Below are positions 28,730 through 39,400 of a stretch of DNA of 64,000 nucleotides, piece by piece. This DNA is from Bacteroidota bacterium (lineage in GTDB: Bacteria > Bacteroidota > Bacteroidia > B-17B0 > Aurantibacillaceae). The DNA lies in the NCBI GenBank assembly GCA_029237825.1, contig JAQZBQ010000003.1:166001-230000 (forward strand). Reading direction: 5' to 3'. The notes beneath the pieces were generated by a model. That model made no database searches. It was given only the letters and a program-made list of their open reading frames with translations, and was not told the DNA's origin. The first letter of the stretch is position 1. Every line of letters begins with the position of its first letter. A program made the position numbers and the translations under genes.

Positions 28730-30022
28730 ATGGGAATTTATAAAGACATCATTGAAAAGAAAGCTACTGTGGCTGTTATTGGTTTAGGGTATGTTGGTTT
28801 ACCCATTGCTTTAGCTTTTGCAAAAAAAGTGAAAGTGATTGGCTTTGACATCAACGCAAAGCGCGTTGAATTGATGAACAAGGGTATTGACCCCAGTAAT
28901 GAGTTAACCAAAAAAGATTTTGCTAATTCTGATATTACATTTACACATAAGCTGGAAGATTTAAAGAAAGCCAAATTCTTTATTATAGCGGTACCAACTC
29001 CTATTGATGAACATAACTTACCTGATTTAAAGCCGCTCATTGGCGCTACTACAACCGTTGGAAAAGTATTAAAGAAAGGTGATTATGTGGTATATGAATC
29101 TACCGTTTATCCTGGTTGTACCGAGGACGATTGCATTCCGGTATTGGAGCGTGAATCAAAACTCAAATTTGTTAAAGATTTTAAAGTAGGATATTCGCCA
29201 GAGCGGATTAATCCTGGTGATAAAGAACACACCATCACCAAAATCCTGAAAATTGTTTCCGGTTGTGATAAGGAAAGTTTGGAAGAAATTGCAAAAACCT
29301 ACGAAATTATCGTAGAGCCGGGCACGCACCGGGCTTCCAGTATTAAGGTAGCCGAAGCAGCTAAAATTATTGAAAACACACAACGTGATGTGAACATTGC
29401 TTTGATGAATGAATTATCAATCATCTTTAATAAAATGAACATTAATACGTACGACGTCCTGGAAGCAGCGGGAACGAAATGGAATTTTTTAAAGTTTTTC
29501 CCTGGTTTAGTGGGAGGCCATTGCATCGGAGTGGATCCGTATTATTTAACATATAAGGCAGAATCGCTGGGCTACCACGCGCGAGTAATCAATAGCGGGC
29601 GCTACGTGAATGACAGTATGGGGTTCTATGTAGCCAAAAACTGCGTCAAAAAAATTATCGCGGCGGGGAAAAATATTTCCAAGTCTAAAGTTTTGATTAT
29701 GGGAGCTACATTTAAAGAAGACGTAAGCGATATCCGCAACAGTAAAGTGGCTGATATTGTAAAAGAATTAAAATCTTTTGGTGTTAAGGTTGAAATTGTT
29801 GACCCGCATGCCGATAGCGACGAATTGAAACATGAATACGGGTTTGGACTAAATAAACTCGCTAAAGGTTATGATGGTGTAATTGTAGCAGTTAATCATA
29901 AAGAATATAAAGTTCTGGATGAAAAATTCTTTAAGTCCATTCTTTCAAATAAAGGCGTAATGGTTGACATTAAAGGAATGTATAAAAACAAAATAAAAGG
30001 CTTAACATACTGGAGCTTGTAA
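28730..30022 (+). CDS. UDP-N-acetyl-hexosamine 6-dehydrogenase (nucleotide-sugar dehydrogenase, WbpA/TviB-like)
   Basis: VAVIGLGYVGLP Rossmann motif, catalytic GGHCIG, ~430 aa. Confidence 0.85.
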   Translation: MGIYKDIIEKKATVAVIGLGYVGLPIALAFAKKVKVIGFDINAKRVELMNKGIDPSNELTKKDFANSDITFTHKLEDLKKAKFFIIAVPTPIDEHNLPDLKPLIGATTTVGKVLKKGDYVVYESTVYPGCTEDDCIPVLERESKLKFVKDFKVGYSPERINPGDKEHTITKILKIVSGCDKESLEEIAKTYEIIVEPGTHRASSIKVAEAAKIIENTQRDVNIALMNELSIIFNKMNINTYDVLEAAGTKWNFLKFFPGLVGGHCIGVDPYYLTYKAESLGYHARVINSGRYVNDSMGFYVAKNCVKKIIAAGKNISKSKVLIMGATFKEDVSDIRNSKVADIVKELKSFGVKVEIVDPHADSDELKHEYGFGLNKLAKGYDGVIVAVNHKEYKVLDEKFFKSILSNKGVMVDIKGMYKNKIKGLTYWSL

Positions 30023-30119
30023 CGATTAACTATAAATGATTCAGGATTTAAGAGATAAGTTATCTCAACTCTTTTATCATTTGCATTCATTCTTTATCCT
30101 ATAAATAAAAAAATATACC

Positions 30120-30773
30120 TTGTCCTACAAACTAAGCGGATTAAACCCTGAACAGCAAATACTATTGAATGATGGGAAACTTCTGCCTTTAATGGAAGAA
30201 TTCTATACCATTCAGGGGGAAGGTTTTAACACGGGTAAAGCCGCATATTTTATAAGGATTGGAGGTTGTGACGTGGGATGCCACTGGTGCGATGTAAAAG
30301 AAAGCTGGGACGCAAGTCTTCATCCTTTAACCACCACAGAAACAATTTTACACCATGTACTGGAAAGTAAAACGCCTGCTGTTGTTATTACCGGTGGTGA
30401 ACCATTGATTTATAATTTGGTGTACTTAACCGGACTTTTAAAACAGAACAACATCCAAACATACATTGAAACTTCAGGAGCATATCCATTAAGCGGTTCA
30501 TGGGATTGGATTTGTTTATCTCCGAAAAAAACGATGCTTCCAAAGGAGGAAAATTATAAAGCTGCTCATGAATTAAAGATCATCGTTTTTAATAAACATG
30601 ATTTTATCTGGGCCGAGGAGCAGGCTTCAAAAGTAGGTAATGAGTGCCATTTATATTTACAACCAGAATGGAGCAAACGCAATGAAATTACACCATTAAT
30701 TGTGGAATATGTAAAGAATCATCCCAAATGGATGATTTCCCTTCAAACGCACAAGTATATTGATATTCCTTAA
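30120..30773 (+). CDS. queE: 7-carboxy-7-deazaguanine synthase (radical SAM)
   Basis: MEEFYTIQGEG...IRIGGCDVGCHWCD (CxxxCxxC). TTG start at 30120; an alternative ATG lies at 30192. Confidence 0.85.
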   Translation: MSYKLSGLNPEQQILLNDGKLLPLMEEFYTIQGEGFNTGKAAYFIRIGGCDVGCHWCDVKESWDASLHPLTTTETILHHVLESKTPAVVITGGEPLIYNLVYLTGLLKQNNIQTYIETSGAYPLSGSWDWICLSPKKTMLPKEENYKAAHELKIIVFNKHDFIWAEEQASKVGNECHLYLQPEWSKRNEITPLIVEYVKNHPKWMISLQTHKYIDIP

Positions 30774-30917
30774 TCAATATAAAATCTGGGAAACATATTT
30801 AAGAGTGCCGCGCACAAAGAATAGGCTGGTCAGTTAACGAACTCGTTTGTTTAGCCACCAAAAAGGATTTACGTTCGCACCCATTCCTCCAGAAACTATA
30901 ATTATTATATTTGATCA

Positions 30918-31862
30918 ATGAAAAAAATTCTTTGCATTGATTCCAATCATGATGTTCTTCATGAAACACTTATTCGTGCAGGGTTCCATTGCGACCTGTG
31001 GTGGAATAAAACAAAAGAAGAATTGATTCAACTCATCCCAATGTATGATGGAATTGTAATTCGCAGTAAATTTAAAATTACAAAAGACATCATTGATTCA
31101 GCACCAAATTTAAAAATCATAGGACGTGTGGGAGCCGGTATGGAGAACATTGATGTTGAATACGCCAGTAGTAAAGGCATTACCTGCCTGAGTGCGCCTG
31201 AAGGAAACAAGGATGCGGTAGGAGAACATGCACTAGGTATGCTGTTAATGCTTATGAATAATTTGAAACGTGCAGATGATGAAGTCAGGAACGGGATCTG
31301 GAGAAGGGCAGAAAACCGGGGCCATGAAATTGGCGGAAAAACCGTGGCAATTATTGGGTTTGGCAATATGGGCTCTGCATTCGCAAAAAAGCTTATGGGC
31401 TTTGATTGCTCCATCCTGGTACATGATAAGTATAAAACTAATATCAGTGATACGTGTGTTTCAGAAGCCACGTTAGAACGGATTTTCCTGGAGGCAGATA
31501 TTGTGAGTATCCATTTGCCGTATAATTCAGAAACTAAAAACTACATTAACGAATCGTTTTTGCGCTCTTTCAAAAAAAACATCTACGTGATCAATACCGC
31601 ACGCGGGCAATGCTTAAACACGTCCGACCTGGTTAATCAAATACAAAATGGCAAAGTTATAGGTGCTTGCCTCGATGTGTTAGAATACGAATCCGTTTCA
31701 TTTGAAAACCTGGACACGTCCATCCTACCCGCGCCTATGCAATATCTGCTAAAAAGTAATAAAGTGGTCCTAACCCCACACATTGCGGGCTGGACGCATG
31801 AATCCAATTATAAAATGAGTAAGATCATCGCCGAAAAGATGATTCAATCCTTTAATGCTTGA
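30918..31862 (+). CDS. D-isomer-specific 2-hydroxyacid dehydrogenase family (PGDH-like)
   Basis: NAD-binding IIGFGNMGSAFAKK, with catalytic R/E/H context (NTARG...TPHIAG). Confidence 0.8.
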   Translation: MKKILCIDSNHDVLHETLIRAGFHCDLWWNKTKEELIQLIPMYDGIVIRSKFKITKDIIDSAPNLKIIGRVGAGMENIDVEYASSKGITCLSAPEGNKDAVGEHALGMLLMLMNNLKRADDEVRNGIWRRAENRGHEIGGKTVAIIGFGNMGSAFAKKLMGFDCSILVHDKYKTNISDTCVSEATLERIFLEADIVSIHLPYNSETKNYINESFLRSFKKNIYVINTARGQCLNTSDLVNQIQNGKVIGACLDVLEYESVSFENLDTSILPAPMQYLLKSNKVVLTPHIAGWTHESNYKMSKIIAEKMIQSFNA

Positions 31863-31870
31863 ATAAAATT

Positions 31871-32518
31871 ATGAGAATACGCGCACTATTTCTATTAATC
31901 CTGGTATGTATTTTTGCATCCTGTGCAACCAGATTACCCGTAGAAAAAGGCGATTTTAACGAAACCAACCTTGTGGAATTAGTAAAAGTAGATTCCACTT
32001 TGCGTTTGGATATTAGGTATGCTACGGCTAACAACTTTGCAAAACAAGCTGTTTATAAGGAGGCGCGTGCCTTTCTGCAAAAAGATGCCGCTGAATCATT
32101 AAAGAAAGCGAATGCGTTACTGAAGCCACTAGGATACGGATTACTTGTTTTTGATGCCTACAGGCCGTGGGACGTTACAAAATTATTTTATGATATCACA
32201 TCAAAAGAAAATAAAAAGTTTGTGGCCCATCCCAAAGAAGGTTCGCGGCATAACAGAGGTTGTGCGGTTGACGTGACATTATATGATTTGAAAACGGGAA
32301 AAGAGGTAGCCATGCCTGGCGAATATGATGAAATGACCGAACGGTCGTATATTGATTACGCAGGCGGCACCGAGGAGCAAAGGAAACTCCGGGACTTATT
32401 AATCGCCACAATGCAGAGCGTAGATTTTACCGTGTATAAATATGAATGGTGGCACTTCGACCACAAAGACTGGAAAAAATATAGGATAACGAATAAACCG
32501 TTCTCTGAAATAAAATAA
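31871..32518 (+). CDS. D-alanyl-D-alanine dipeptidase (M15D, VanX/DdpX-like) lipoprotein
   Basis: SRHNRGCAVDVTL and WWHFD zinc-site motifs. Trimmed to ATG 31871, giving MRIRALFLLILVCIFASC (lipobox). Confidence 0.85.
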   Translation: MRIRALFLLILVCIFASCATRLPVEKGDFNETNLVELVKVDSTLRLDIRYATANNFAKQAVYKEARAFLQKDAAESLKKANALLKPLGYGLLVFDAYRPWDVTKLFYDITSKENKKFVAHPKEGSRHNRGCAVDVTLYDLKTGKEVAMPGEYDEMTERSYIDYAGGTEEQRKLRDLLIATMQSVDFTVYKYEWWHFDHKDWKKYRITNKPFSEIK

Positions 32519-32571
32519 GTATTGCCTATATCAACACAACACAGTATCTTTCCGTCCTTAAAATACACTTT

Positions 32572-33123
32572 ATGGCTACTACATCCGATCTTTCAAGAAA
32601 CGCATTTATCCGGTACAATAACGAATTACTTCAGATATTAGACTACGATCATATTACTCCCGGGAAAGGCAATGCCATTTATTCCTGCAAATGCCGGAAT
32701 GTTGAAACATGTAAACAAAGTGAGGTTCGGTTTCGTTCCGGTGAAAAAGTTGATCTCATAAGAGTAGATGAACATGAAATGCAGTACCTGTTTACTGAAG
32801 GAGATTTTTTGGTTTGTATGAATCAGGAAACATACGACCAAATGCATATCCCTAAAATCTTATTTGCTGATAGCATCCAGTTTTTGCAGGAGGGTATGAT
32901 TTTAAAAATTCGGTTTGACGAAAATGAAAAGCCATTAAACGGTTCACTTCCTCAGTATATTGAGCTGGAAGTAACCTATACAGAAGAAGGCGTGAAAGGA
33001 AAATCTGTAAAAACTGCTGAGGTTGGAAATGGTATTAAAATTCAGGTCCCTGTTTTCGTTGTTATTGGTGACAAATTAAAGATCAATACTGAAACGGGGG
33101 AATATGTTGAAAGGGTGAAATAA
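32572..33123 (+). CDS. efp: elongation factor P
   Basis: N-terminal ...ITPGKGNA... loop and the three-domain length typical of EF-P. Confidence 0.95.
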   Translation: MATTSDLSRNAFIRYNNELLQILDYDHITPGKGNAIYSCKCRNVETCKQSEVRFRSGEKVDLIRVDEHEMQYLFTEGDFLVCMNQETYDQMHIPKILFADSIQFLQEGMILKIRFDENEKPLNGSLPQYIELEVTYTEEGVKGKSVKTAEVGNGIKIQVPVFVVIGDKLKINTETGEYVERVK

Positions 33124-33555
33124 TTACCTCTTCTGTTTACTTTGATTCTGGATCACGCGACCTGTTCCAAAATTTGATTTTCTGATTTCATCAAGCCAGG
33201 CTAAAGCTTCGATTTCTGTATGAAAAGTCTTGGTAGGAATTGCTGGCCTATTTACTTTCACATAAGCATTCACAATAAATCGTATTGGAAGTGATTTTAT
33301 ACAAATTGCATTAGCGATGATTCCGGCAGCTGCAATACGTTCTGCAACGTATTCCCGTACCCCTGGCGTCGCAGTAAAACCGTCATTTGTTTGGGTTAAT
33401 AAAAAGTACTTTTTACCAGCGGTAAGTTTTTTAATTGCCTTCAATAATTCTTCCGCATCCTTTATTTCAAAATCAATATCATCAAAAAGAATAATCTTCA
33501 TCAGGTCTTCGCTTTCAACGCAAAGTTCGGCGCAAGAAATCTTTATTTGATTCAT
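33124..33555 (-). CDS. SpoIIAA/STAS-like small protein (paralogue 1)
   Basis: Shares its pattern with the neighbouring ORF: ...T..ar.y.Ae...aaAi...SL.iR...N......P.K.F..E.EA..WL. The terminal A-x-x-W-L is reminiscent of the SpoIIAA-like (STAS/SEC14-like) family. Confidence 0.5.
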   Translation of the reverse strand: MNQIKISCAELCVESEDLMKIILFDDIDFEIKDAEELLKAIKKLTAGKKYFLLTQTNDGFTATPGVREYVAERIAAAGIIANAICIKSLPIRFIVNAYVKVNRPAIPTKTFHTEIEALAWLDEIRKSNFGTGRVIQNQSKQKR

Positions 33556-33569
33556 GACAAAATATTCAT

Positions 33570-33956
33570 TTATTTTTTAAAAGTTCTCAGCCAATTTCGG
33601 GCAGCTTCTTCATTTGAAAACATTTTAAATGGAACAAGTTGCTTATAAAACACATTAAAAAAATTTACCATAATCCGAATAGCCAGTGAATTACTGATAA
33701 TTGCAGCAGCAATAAAATAATCCGACCCGTTTTCTGCAGCAAATACCCTCGCTTCATCAGTCATGGTACTATCCTGTACATCAATAATCTCCAACACTTT
33801 GTTATTCGGACCTATTCCCAGAGCCTTATAGGCTTCAAAACAGGCTTTTACTTCTTCAAGATCCATTTCCGCTCCATGAGAAGGCTTTAAAATCAATATT
33901 CCCTCATCATCAAGTAAGATCTCGTTCCATTTGGTATTGATTCTGTTTGCTACCAT
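33570..33956 (-). CDS. SpoIIAA/STAS-like small protein (paralogue 2)
   Basis: Same pattern as 33124..33555 (TDEARVFAAENG...AAAIISNSLAIRIMVNFF...PFKMFSNEEAARNWL). Confidence 0.5.
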   Translation of the reverse strand: MVANRINTKWNEILLDDEGILILKPSHGAEMDLEEVKACFEAYKALGIGPNNKVLEIIDVQDSTMTDEARVFAAENGSDYFIAAAIISNSLAIRIMVNFFNVFYKQLVPFKMFSNEEAARNWLRTFKK

Positions 33957-34029
33957 TACAGTATCTAAGTTAAGAACAATATAATATTTAACCTAGAAAA
34001 AAGTTGAATCCATCGATAATAAAAACAAG

Positions 34030-36351
34030 TTAATCTTTTTTCAAATATTTTCGGGTTGCTAACGTAAATTTTATGTCAGCATAGGAAACATTATCTCCTA
34101 GAGCCTGCTTTATAACAGAACCGGATCCTGTTTCGTGTGCGATCGCATACTTTAAAATTTTATCATAAATATCCTTCGAAACAAAGCGGGTAACAGGTAT
34201 CAAACCTAAACTCACAAAATGGGACAAATGGTTTTCTATAGTCCCCATGGTTAGGCTGCGCTCCACAGCAATCTCTTCTATGGGTTTACCCTGTTGAAAT
34301 AATTCATAAGTAATCGCCTTAGTGTCTTTTTTGCTTTTCTTTTCACTTTTTAATTTCGGAGATTTTACCTTGGATCCTGATTTATTACCTTTTTTAATCG
34401 ACCGTTCTCCTCTTTTCTCTTCAAACGCAAGTTTTTCAGTGAGTGCCTGCGTTTGCTGCACGATTTCCATTCGTTCCAACTGACTTACCTGCCGGTTTGC
34501 TGACATCTTATTTAGTTCCTTCCCATTAAGAACATGATCGATCACTAAAGAAAATTTATCCAGGAGTGTCAGCTGTTTGTAAATTAAACCTTCGAGTTCA
34601 AGCAATTCTTCAAGATATGCTTTTACTTGTTTTTCGTCTTTTATGCCTTCACTCTGCTGAAGAATGTTTTTTGACATTTCCTTCAAAACGGGATAAAAGT
34701 AATTCTTGGCTGCTGCATGCCTTTCAGCAATCAGGTTAAGAAAACCTTCCTTTCTCTCGTCAAAAATCAGCTGCAATTGATTACAGAATTTCTCTGCATG
34801 AAACCTTAACGGATCAAGTTTTGTAACCCACTCTTCGGCCGATGGTAAATTTTTTTGCTTCACAGACCGGTTTTCAGACATGGTATAACTACTTAAGTGC
34901 GTCTTGAAACTTTTAAATAACCAAACAAAATCATATGTTTTTAAAATGTACCCTTTTAAAAATAAGACCGTTTCCTGATCAATAAGCTGCTTTAATTCTT
35001 CACTTTTTGGTATGCCTTCAGAATATTCTTTTAGCGTTTTATCCTGAGAAAGAGCAGTAAACTGAAGCGGTGAAGTCAATATTAATCCATTCAAGGATTT
35101 TAACCTGGATAAAGCAACATACACTTGCCCGGGCGCAAAAGCACGATTAATATCCAAAATGGCTTTCTCAAATGTGAGACCCTGGCTTTTATGAACGGTG
35201 ATAGCCCAGGCAAGTTTTATCGGATATTGAACAAAAGTTCCAATATCCTTTTCATCCACGTCATTAGTCACCGGATTCAATTCGTACTTGATATTTCGCC
35301 ATTGATACGTTTCCAGTAAAAAGGGCTTTGATCCGTCTTTAAAATCTATTTCAATAGAATTTTCGGTTAACGTTGAAACTACACCAATTTTACCATTAAA
35401 ATACTGCTGTCTTCCACTCATGTCATTTTTAATGAACATAATTTGTGCACCAACCTTTAATTCAAGCATAGCATCAACCGGATATGCATGTTCGCTAAAA
35501 TCACCCTCTACCTGAGCATAAAAGAAAAACGATTTTCCATTAAGTTTTTGTAATGCTGTTTTGTTAATTGAATCAGCTTTAAAATTATGTGTGGTTAATG
35601 TTATAGTGTTTAAAGATGGCTTTAATTCAGCATCAGGTAGGTAATGGCGATTCAACAAATCGATGTCGCTTTGTGTGACTGTATTATTTCGAAGATTGTT
35701 TAAAAGATCAATAAAAACAGAATCAGATTGCCTGTAAATCTTATCTAATTCAATGTAAAGCGGTCTGTTATTCCTTAGTACAAGCGCATCAAAAAAATAA
35801 ATACTATTATAATAGTTGTTCATAATTCGCCATTCCTCCTCTTTTACAACAGGAGGTAATTGCATTAAATCACCAATAAACAAAACCTGAACACCACCAA
35901 AAGGTTTATGTTGTTGCCGCCGAATGCTTCTCAAAACAAAATCAATTGTATCCAGCAAATCCGCACGAAGCATACTTACTTCATCGATAACCAACAATTC
36001 TAACTCCTGCAATAACCGGCGTTTTTGTTCACGCATGTTTAAATGCTTCACCAAGGTATGAGGGGTATTAATTTTTACCTGGAAATTATCGATCCTAAAA
36101 GAACTATCAGGAATAAATAAACCAAAAGGAATTCCGAACTGTGAATGAATTGTAACACCTCCTGCATTAATAGCGGCAATGCCGGTTGGCGCGACAATAA
36201 TGGCATTCTTGTGAGTGTGATCGATAATATTCCTAAGAAATGTCGTTTTCCCGGTTCCTGCTTTACCGGTTAAAAAAACACACCGATTAGTTTGGTTGAT
36301 ACATTTTGCTGCAAGTTCTGCCGGACTAATTTCTCTTACCTCATTTTCCAT
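34030..36351 (-). CDS. pif1: Pif1/RecD-like SF1B DNA helicase with C-terminal helix-turn-helix
   Basis: Walker A GKAGTGKTT, Walker B LVIDEVSM, plus VHKSQGLTF and VALSR motifs. A Lys-rich linker and an HTH-like tail follow, as in Bacteroides Pif1-type proteins. Confidence 0.85.
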   Translation of the reverse strand: MENEVREISPAELAAKCINQTNRCVFLTGKAGTGKTTFLRNIIDHTHKNAIIVAPTGIAAINAGGVTIHSQFGIPFGLFIPDSSFRIDNFQVKINTPHTLVKHLNMREQKRRLLQELELLVIDEVSMLRADLLDTIDFVLRSIRRQQHKPFGGVQVLFIGDLMQLPPVVKEEEWRIMNNYYNSIYFFDALVLRNNRPLYIELDKIYRQSDSVFIDLLNNLRNNTVTQSDIDLLNRHYLPDAELKPSLNTITLTTHNFKADSINKTALQKLNGKSFFFYAQVEGDFSEHAYPVDAMLELKVGAQIMFIKNDMSGRQQYFNGKIGVVSTLTENSIEIDFKDGSKPFLLETYQWRNIKYELNPVTNDVDEKDIGTFVQYPIKLAWAITVHKSQGLTFEKAILDINRAFAPGQVYVALSRLKSLNGLILTSPLQFTALSQDKTLKEYSEGIPKSEELKQLIDQETVLFLKGYILKTYDFVWLFKSFKTHLSSYTMSENRSVKQKNLPSAEEWVTKLDPLRFHAEKFCNQLQLIFDERKEGFLNLIAERHAAAKNYFYPVLKEMSKNILQQSEGIKDEKQVKAYLEELLELEGLIYKQLTLLDKFSLVIDHVLNGKELNKMSANRQVSQLERMEIVQQTQALTEKLAFEEKRGERSIKKGNKSGSKVKSPKLKSEKKSKKDTKAITYELFQQGKPIEEIAVERSLTMGTIENHLSHFVSLGLIPVTRFVSKDIYDKILKYAIAHETGSGSVIKQALGDNVSYADIKFTLATRKYLKKD

Positions 36352-36460
36352 TACTTGAGTAAAAGTAATCTTTTACGAAATACAAGTTGAAATTTGTTAA
36401 ATAGTTAATATTTAGTACCTTGCTTTCTTATTGTGTAACACTTACTTTAATTAAAATACT

Positions 36461-39400
36461 ATGAGTGAACGAATACTTAGAGCCTTAATGCAAATGTTTG
36501 CCATCATTGCAAAAGTAGATGGAATTAGCAATACGGGTCGTTCTATTGTTGAGTCATTTTTAAAACAGCAATTAAATAAGGAACAGGTAGAAAAATACCT
36601 TCTTATTTTTGACGAGTACATTGAAGCGCAACAGGCAGGTTCTAAGAAAAAAGACGGTTCAGCTAAGCGAACTTCCTTGAACTCAGTAAAAGTATTAAAA
36701 ATTTGCACGCAGATAAATCAGGAACTGGAGCAACCACAAAAAGTTATTGTTTTAATCAGGCTTTTAGAATTCATTTATTCCTCTGACGAAATTTCTGAAC
36801 AGGAAAACGAATTTGTAGTAACAGTTGCCGACACCTTTAACATTTCAATAGAGGAGTTTAACCAGTTAAGAGCGTTTGTAGAAGATACAGCGGAGAAAAT
36901 CCCTAATACTCCGAATATTCTCGTAATTAATAACAAAGAGAATGGTTACGGAAACGCATGCAAACACATTTACTGCGATACTCTGACTTCGGACGTGCGG
37001 GTTATTCAGATTGACAGTGTGGGAATGTACGCATTAAGAATTTACGGTAACATTGAACTACAGTTAAATGGCCAGGGAATTTCAAAAGACCGCATCCATA
37101 TTTTAACGCCAGGATCGTCACTAAGAAATTCAAGGGTTAAACCGATATATTATAGCGATATTATTGGCAGGTTCCTTGCCGATAGTTCCAAGGCACGCAT
37201 TTCATTTGAAGCAAAGAATATCGAATACAAATTCAAAGGGGGCAAATTAGGATTACGGAACATTAATATTCGCGAAGAAAGTGGTAAACTGATCGGAATT
37301 ATGGGTGGATCAGGTGCAGGGAAATCCACACTTCTTAACGTTTTAAACGGGGTTGAAACCCCAAGCAGTGGACAGGTTTTAATCAATGGTAAAAATATTC
37401 ATGTCGAGAAAAAATTTGTTGAGGGTGTAATTGGTCATGTGACACAGGACGACTTGCTCATTGAAGAACTTACCGTTTACCAGAATCTTTTCTACAACGC
37501 AAAATTGTGTTTTGGTAACCTATCAGACGAAGAAATTGCAAAAAAATGCCATGCCTTATTAGCGGATTTAGGACTTTCTGAAACAAAGGATTTAAAAGTT
37601 GGCTCACCCTTGGAAAAGACTATTTCCGGTGGACAGCGGAAACGGTTAAATATTGGCTTGGAGTTGATTCGCGAACCTTCAGTATTATACGTAGATGAGC
37701 CAACATCGGGGCTTTCTTCAAGGGATTCTGAAAATATTATGGACCTTTTAAAAGAATTATCTTTAAAAGGCAAGCTTATTTTTGTGGTAATTCACCAGCC
37801 TTCTTCAGACATTTTTAAGATGTTTGATAAACTTCAGATTCTTGATGTAGGCGGGTATCCAATATATTATGGTAATCCGGTTGATGCGGTGTCGTATTTT
37901 AAAACACTGGTACAGCATGTAAATGCTGAAGAGAGTGAATGCTGGAACTGTGGTAATGTGAATCCGGAATTAATTTTCAATATTATAGAAAGCAAAGTAT
38001 TGGATGAATACGGTAACCTTACGCATAACCGTAAAACGAGTCCGAGTGAGTGGAATAAAAGTTATGTAGAAAGAATTGAATCGACTATTGGTGAAATTAA
38101 TCACCAGGATGAAATTCCGGAAGCCATATTTAAAATTCCCAATGCATTTCAGCAATTTAAGGTTTTTATTACCAGAGATGTAAAAAGTAAACTCACCAAT
38201 ACGCAATACTTGTTGATTAACTTTATTGAAGCACCTCTACTTGCTTTTATTCTGGCTTATCTCATCCGCTTTTATAATACAGATGCCGAAAATACTAAAG
38301 GATACATTTATCGGGAAAACGAGAATATGCCCGCTTATATGTTCATGTCAGTTGTTGTTGCGTTATTTATTGGTTTAACCGTTTCTGCAGAAGAAATCAT
38401 CCGTGACCGTAAGATCAGGAAACGTGAGTCGTTTTTAAATTTAAGCAAAGGCAGTTATTTGTGGAGTAAGATCATCATCATGTTTGTTTTATCTGCTATT
38501 CAAACCCTCACCTTTGTCATTGTAGGTAACTCCATTTTAGATGTAAACGGAATGCTAACGGATTACTGGATGGTTTTATTCACCGCATCCTGTTTTGCCA
38601 ATATGTTGGGTTTAAATATTTCGAGCGCATTTAACAGTGCAGTTACCATCTATATCTTAATTCCTTTCCTCATTATTCCTCAATTATTGTTGGCTGGTGT
38701 TGTTGTTAAATTTGACAAGTTAAATCCCACCCTGGCTAAGCAGGGAGGCGTTCCCATGGCTGGCGAAGTAATGGCAAGTCGTTGGGCTTTTGAAGCTTTA
38801 GCGGTTAACCAGTTTAAAGCCAATAAGTATCAGAAAAACTATTACAAGTTCCACAAGGCTATCAGTATTGCTTCCTATAAAAAAGTGTATTGGATTCCGG
38901 AACTTCAAAATAAAATGACAAAAATTGAAGGCTTAATGCTGAAAGCAGATTTGAATAAAAATGATCTGGATAAAGACTTCACCCTACTTAAAAATGAACT
39001 CTTAAAAGAACAGGCTTTCTTAAAAAACAAATATATTTTTGAAAATATTGATAAACTGAATCCGAAGGATTATGATCATAACATTGCGGTATCGTTAAAA
39101 AATTTCCTTGCCAAAATTAATGAGCACTACATCAACTATGAAAACAAAGCCAGAAAACAGGAAGATGAAGTAACTCAAAAGCTAATTAAACAATTAGGTA
39201 ACGACAAATTTATTGCTTTACGTGATGACTATACCAACGAAGCTTTAGACCAGTTTATGTTAAACAGTAATGACCTTGGTGATCGTTGTTTAGAACACGA
39301 CGGAAGATTGATTCAGCGGATTGATCCCATATACCTTGATCCCATGGAATCTAATTTAGGAGCAGCACATTTTTACGCCCCTAATAAACGCTTTATGGGT

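Noticed and set aside
30023-30119. Possible preQ1 riboswitch upstream of queE
   Set aside because: Only a 5-bp hairpin (GAGAT/ATCTC) with a 5-nt loop is present. The conserved loop and the A-rich ...AAAAAACUA tail of preQ1-I are absent.
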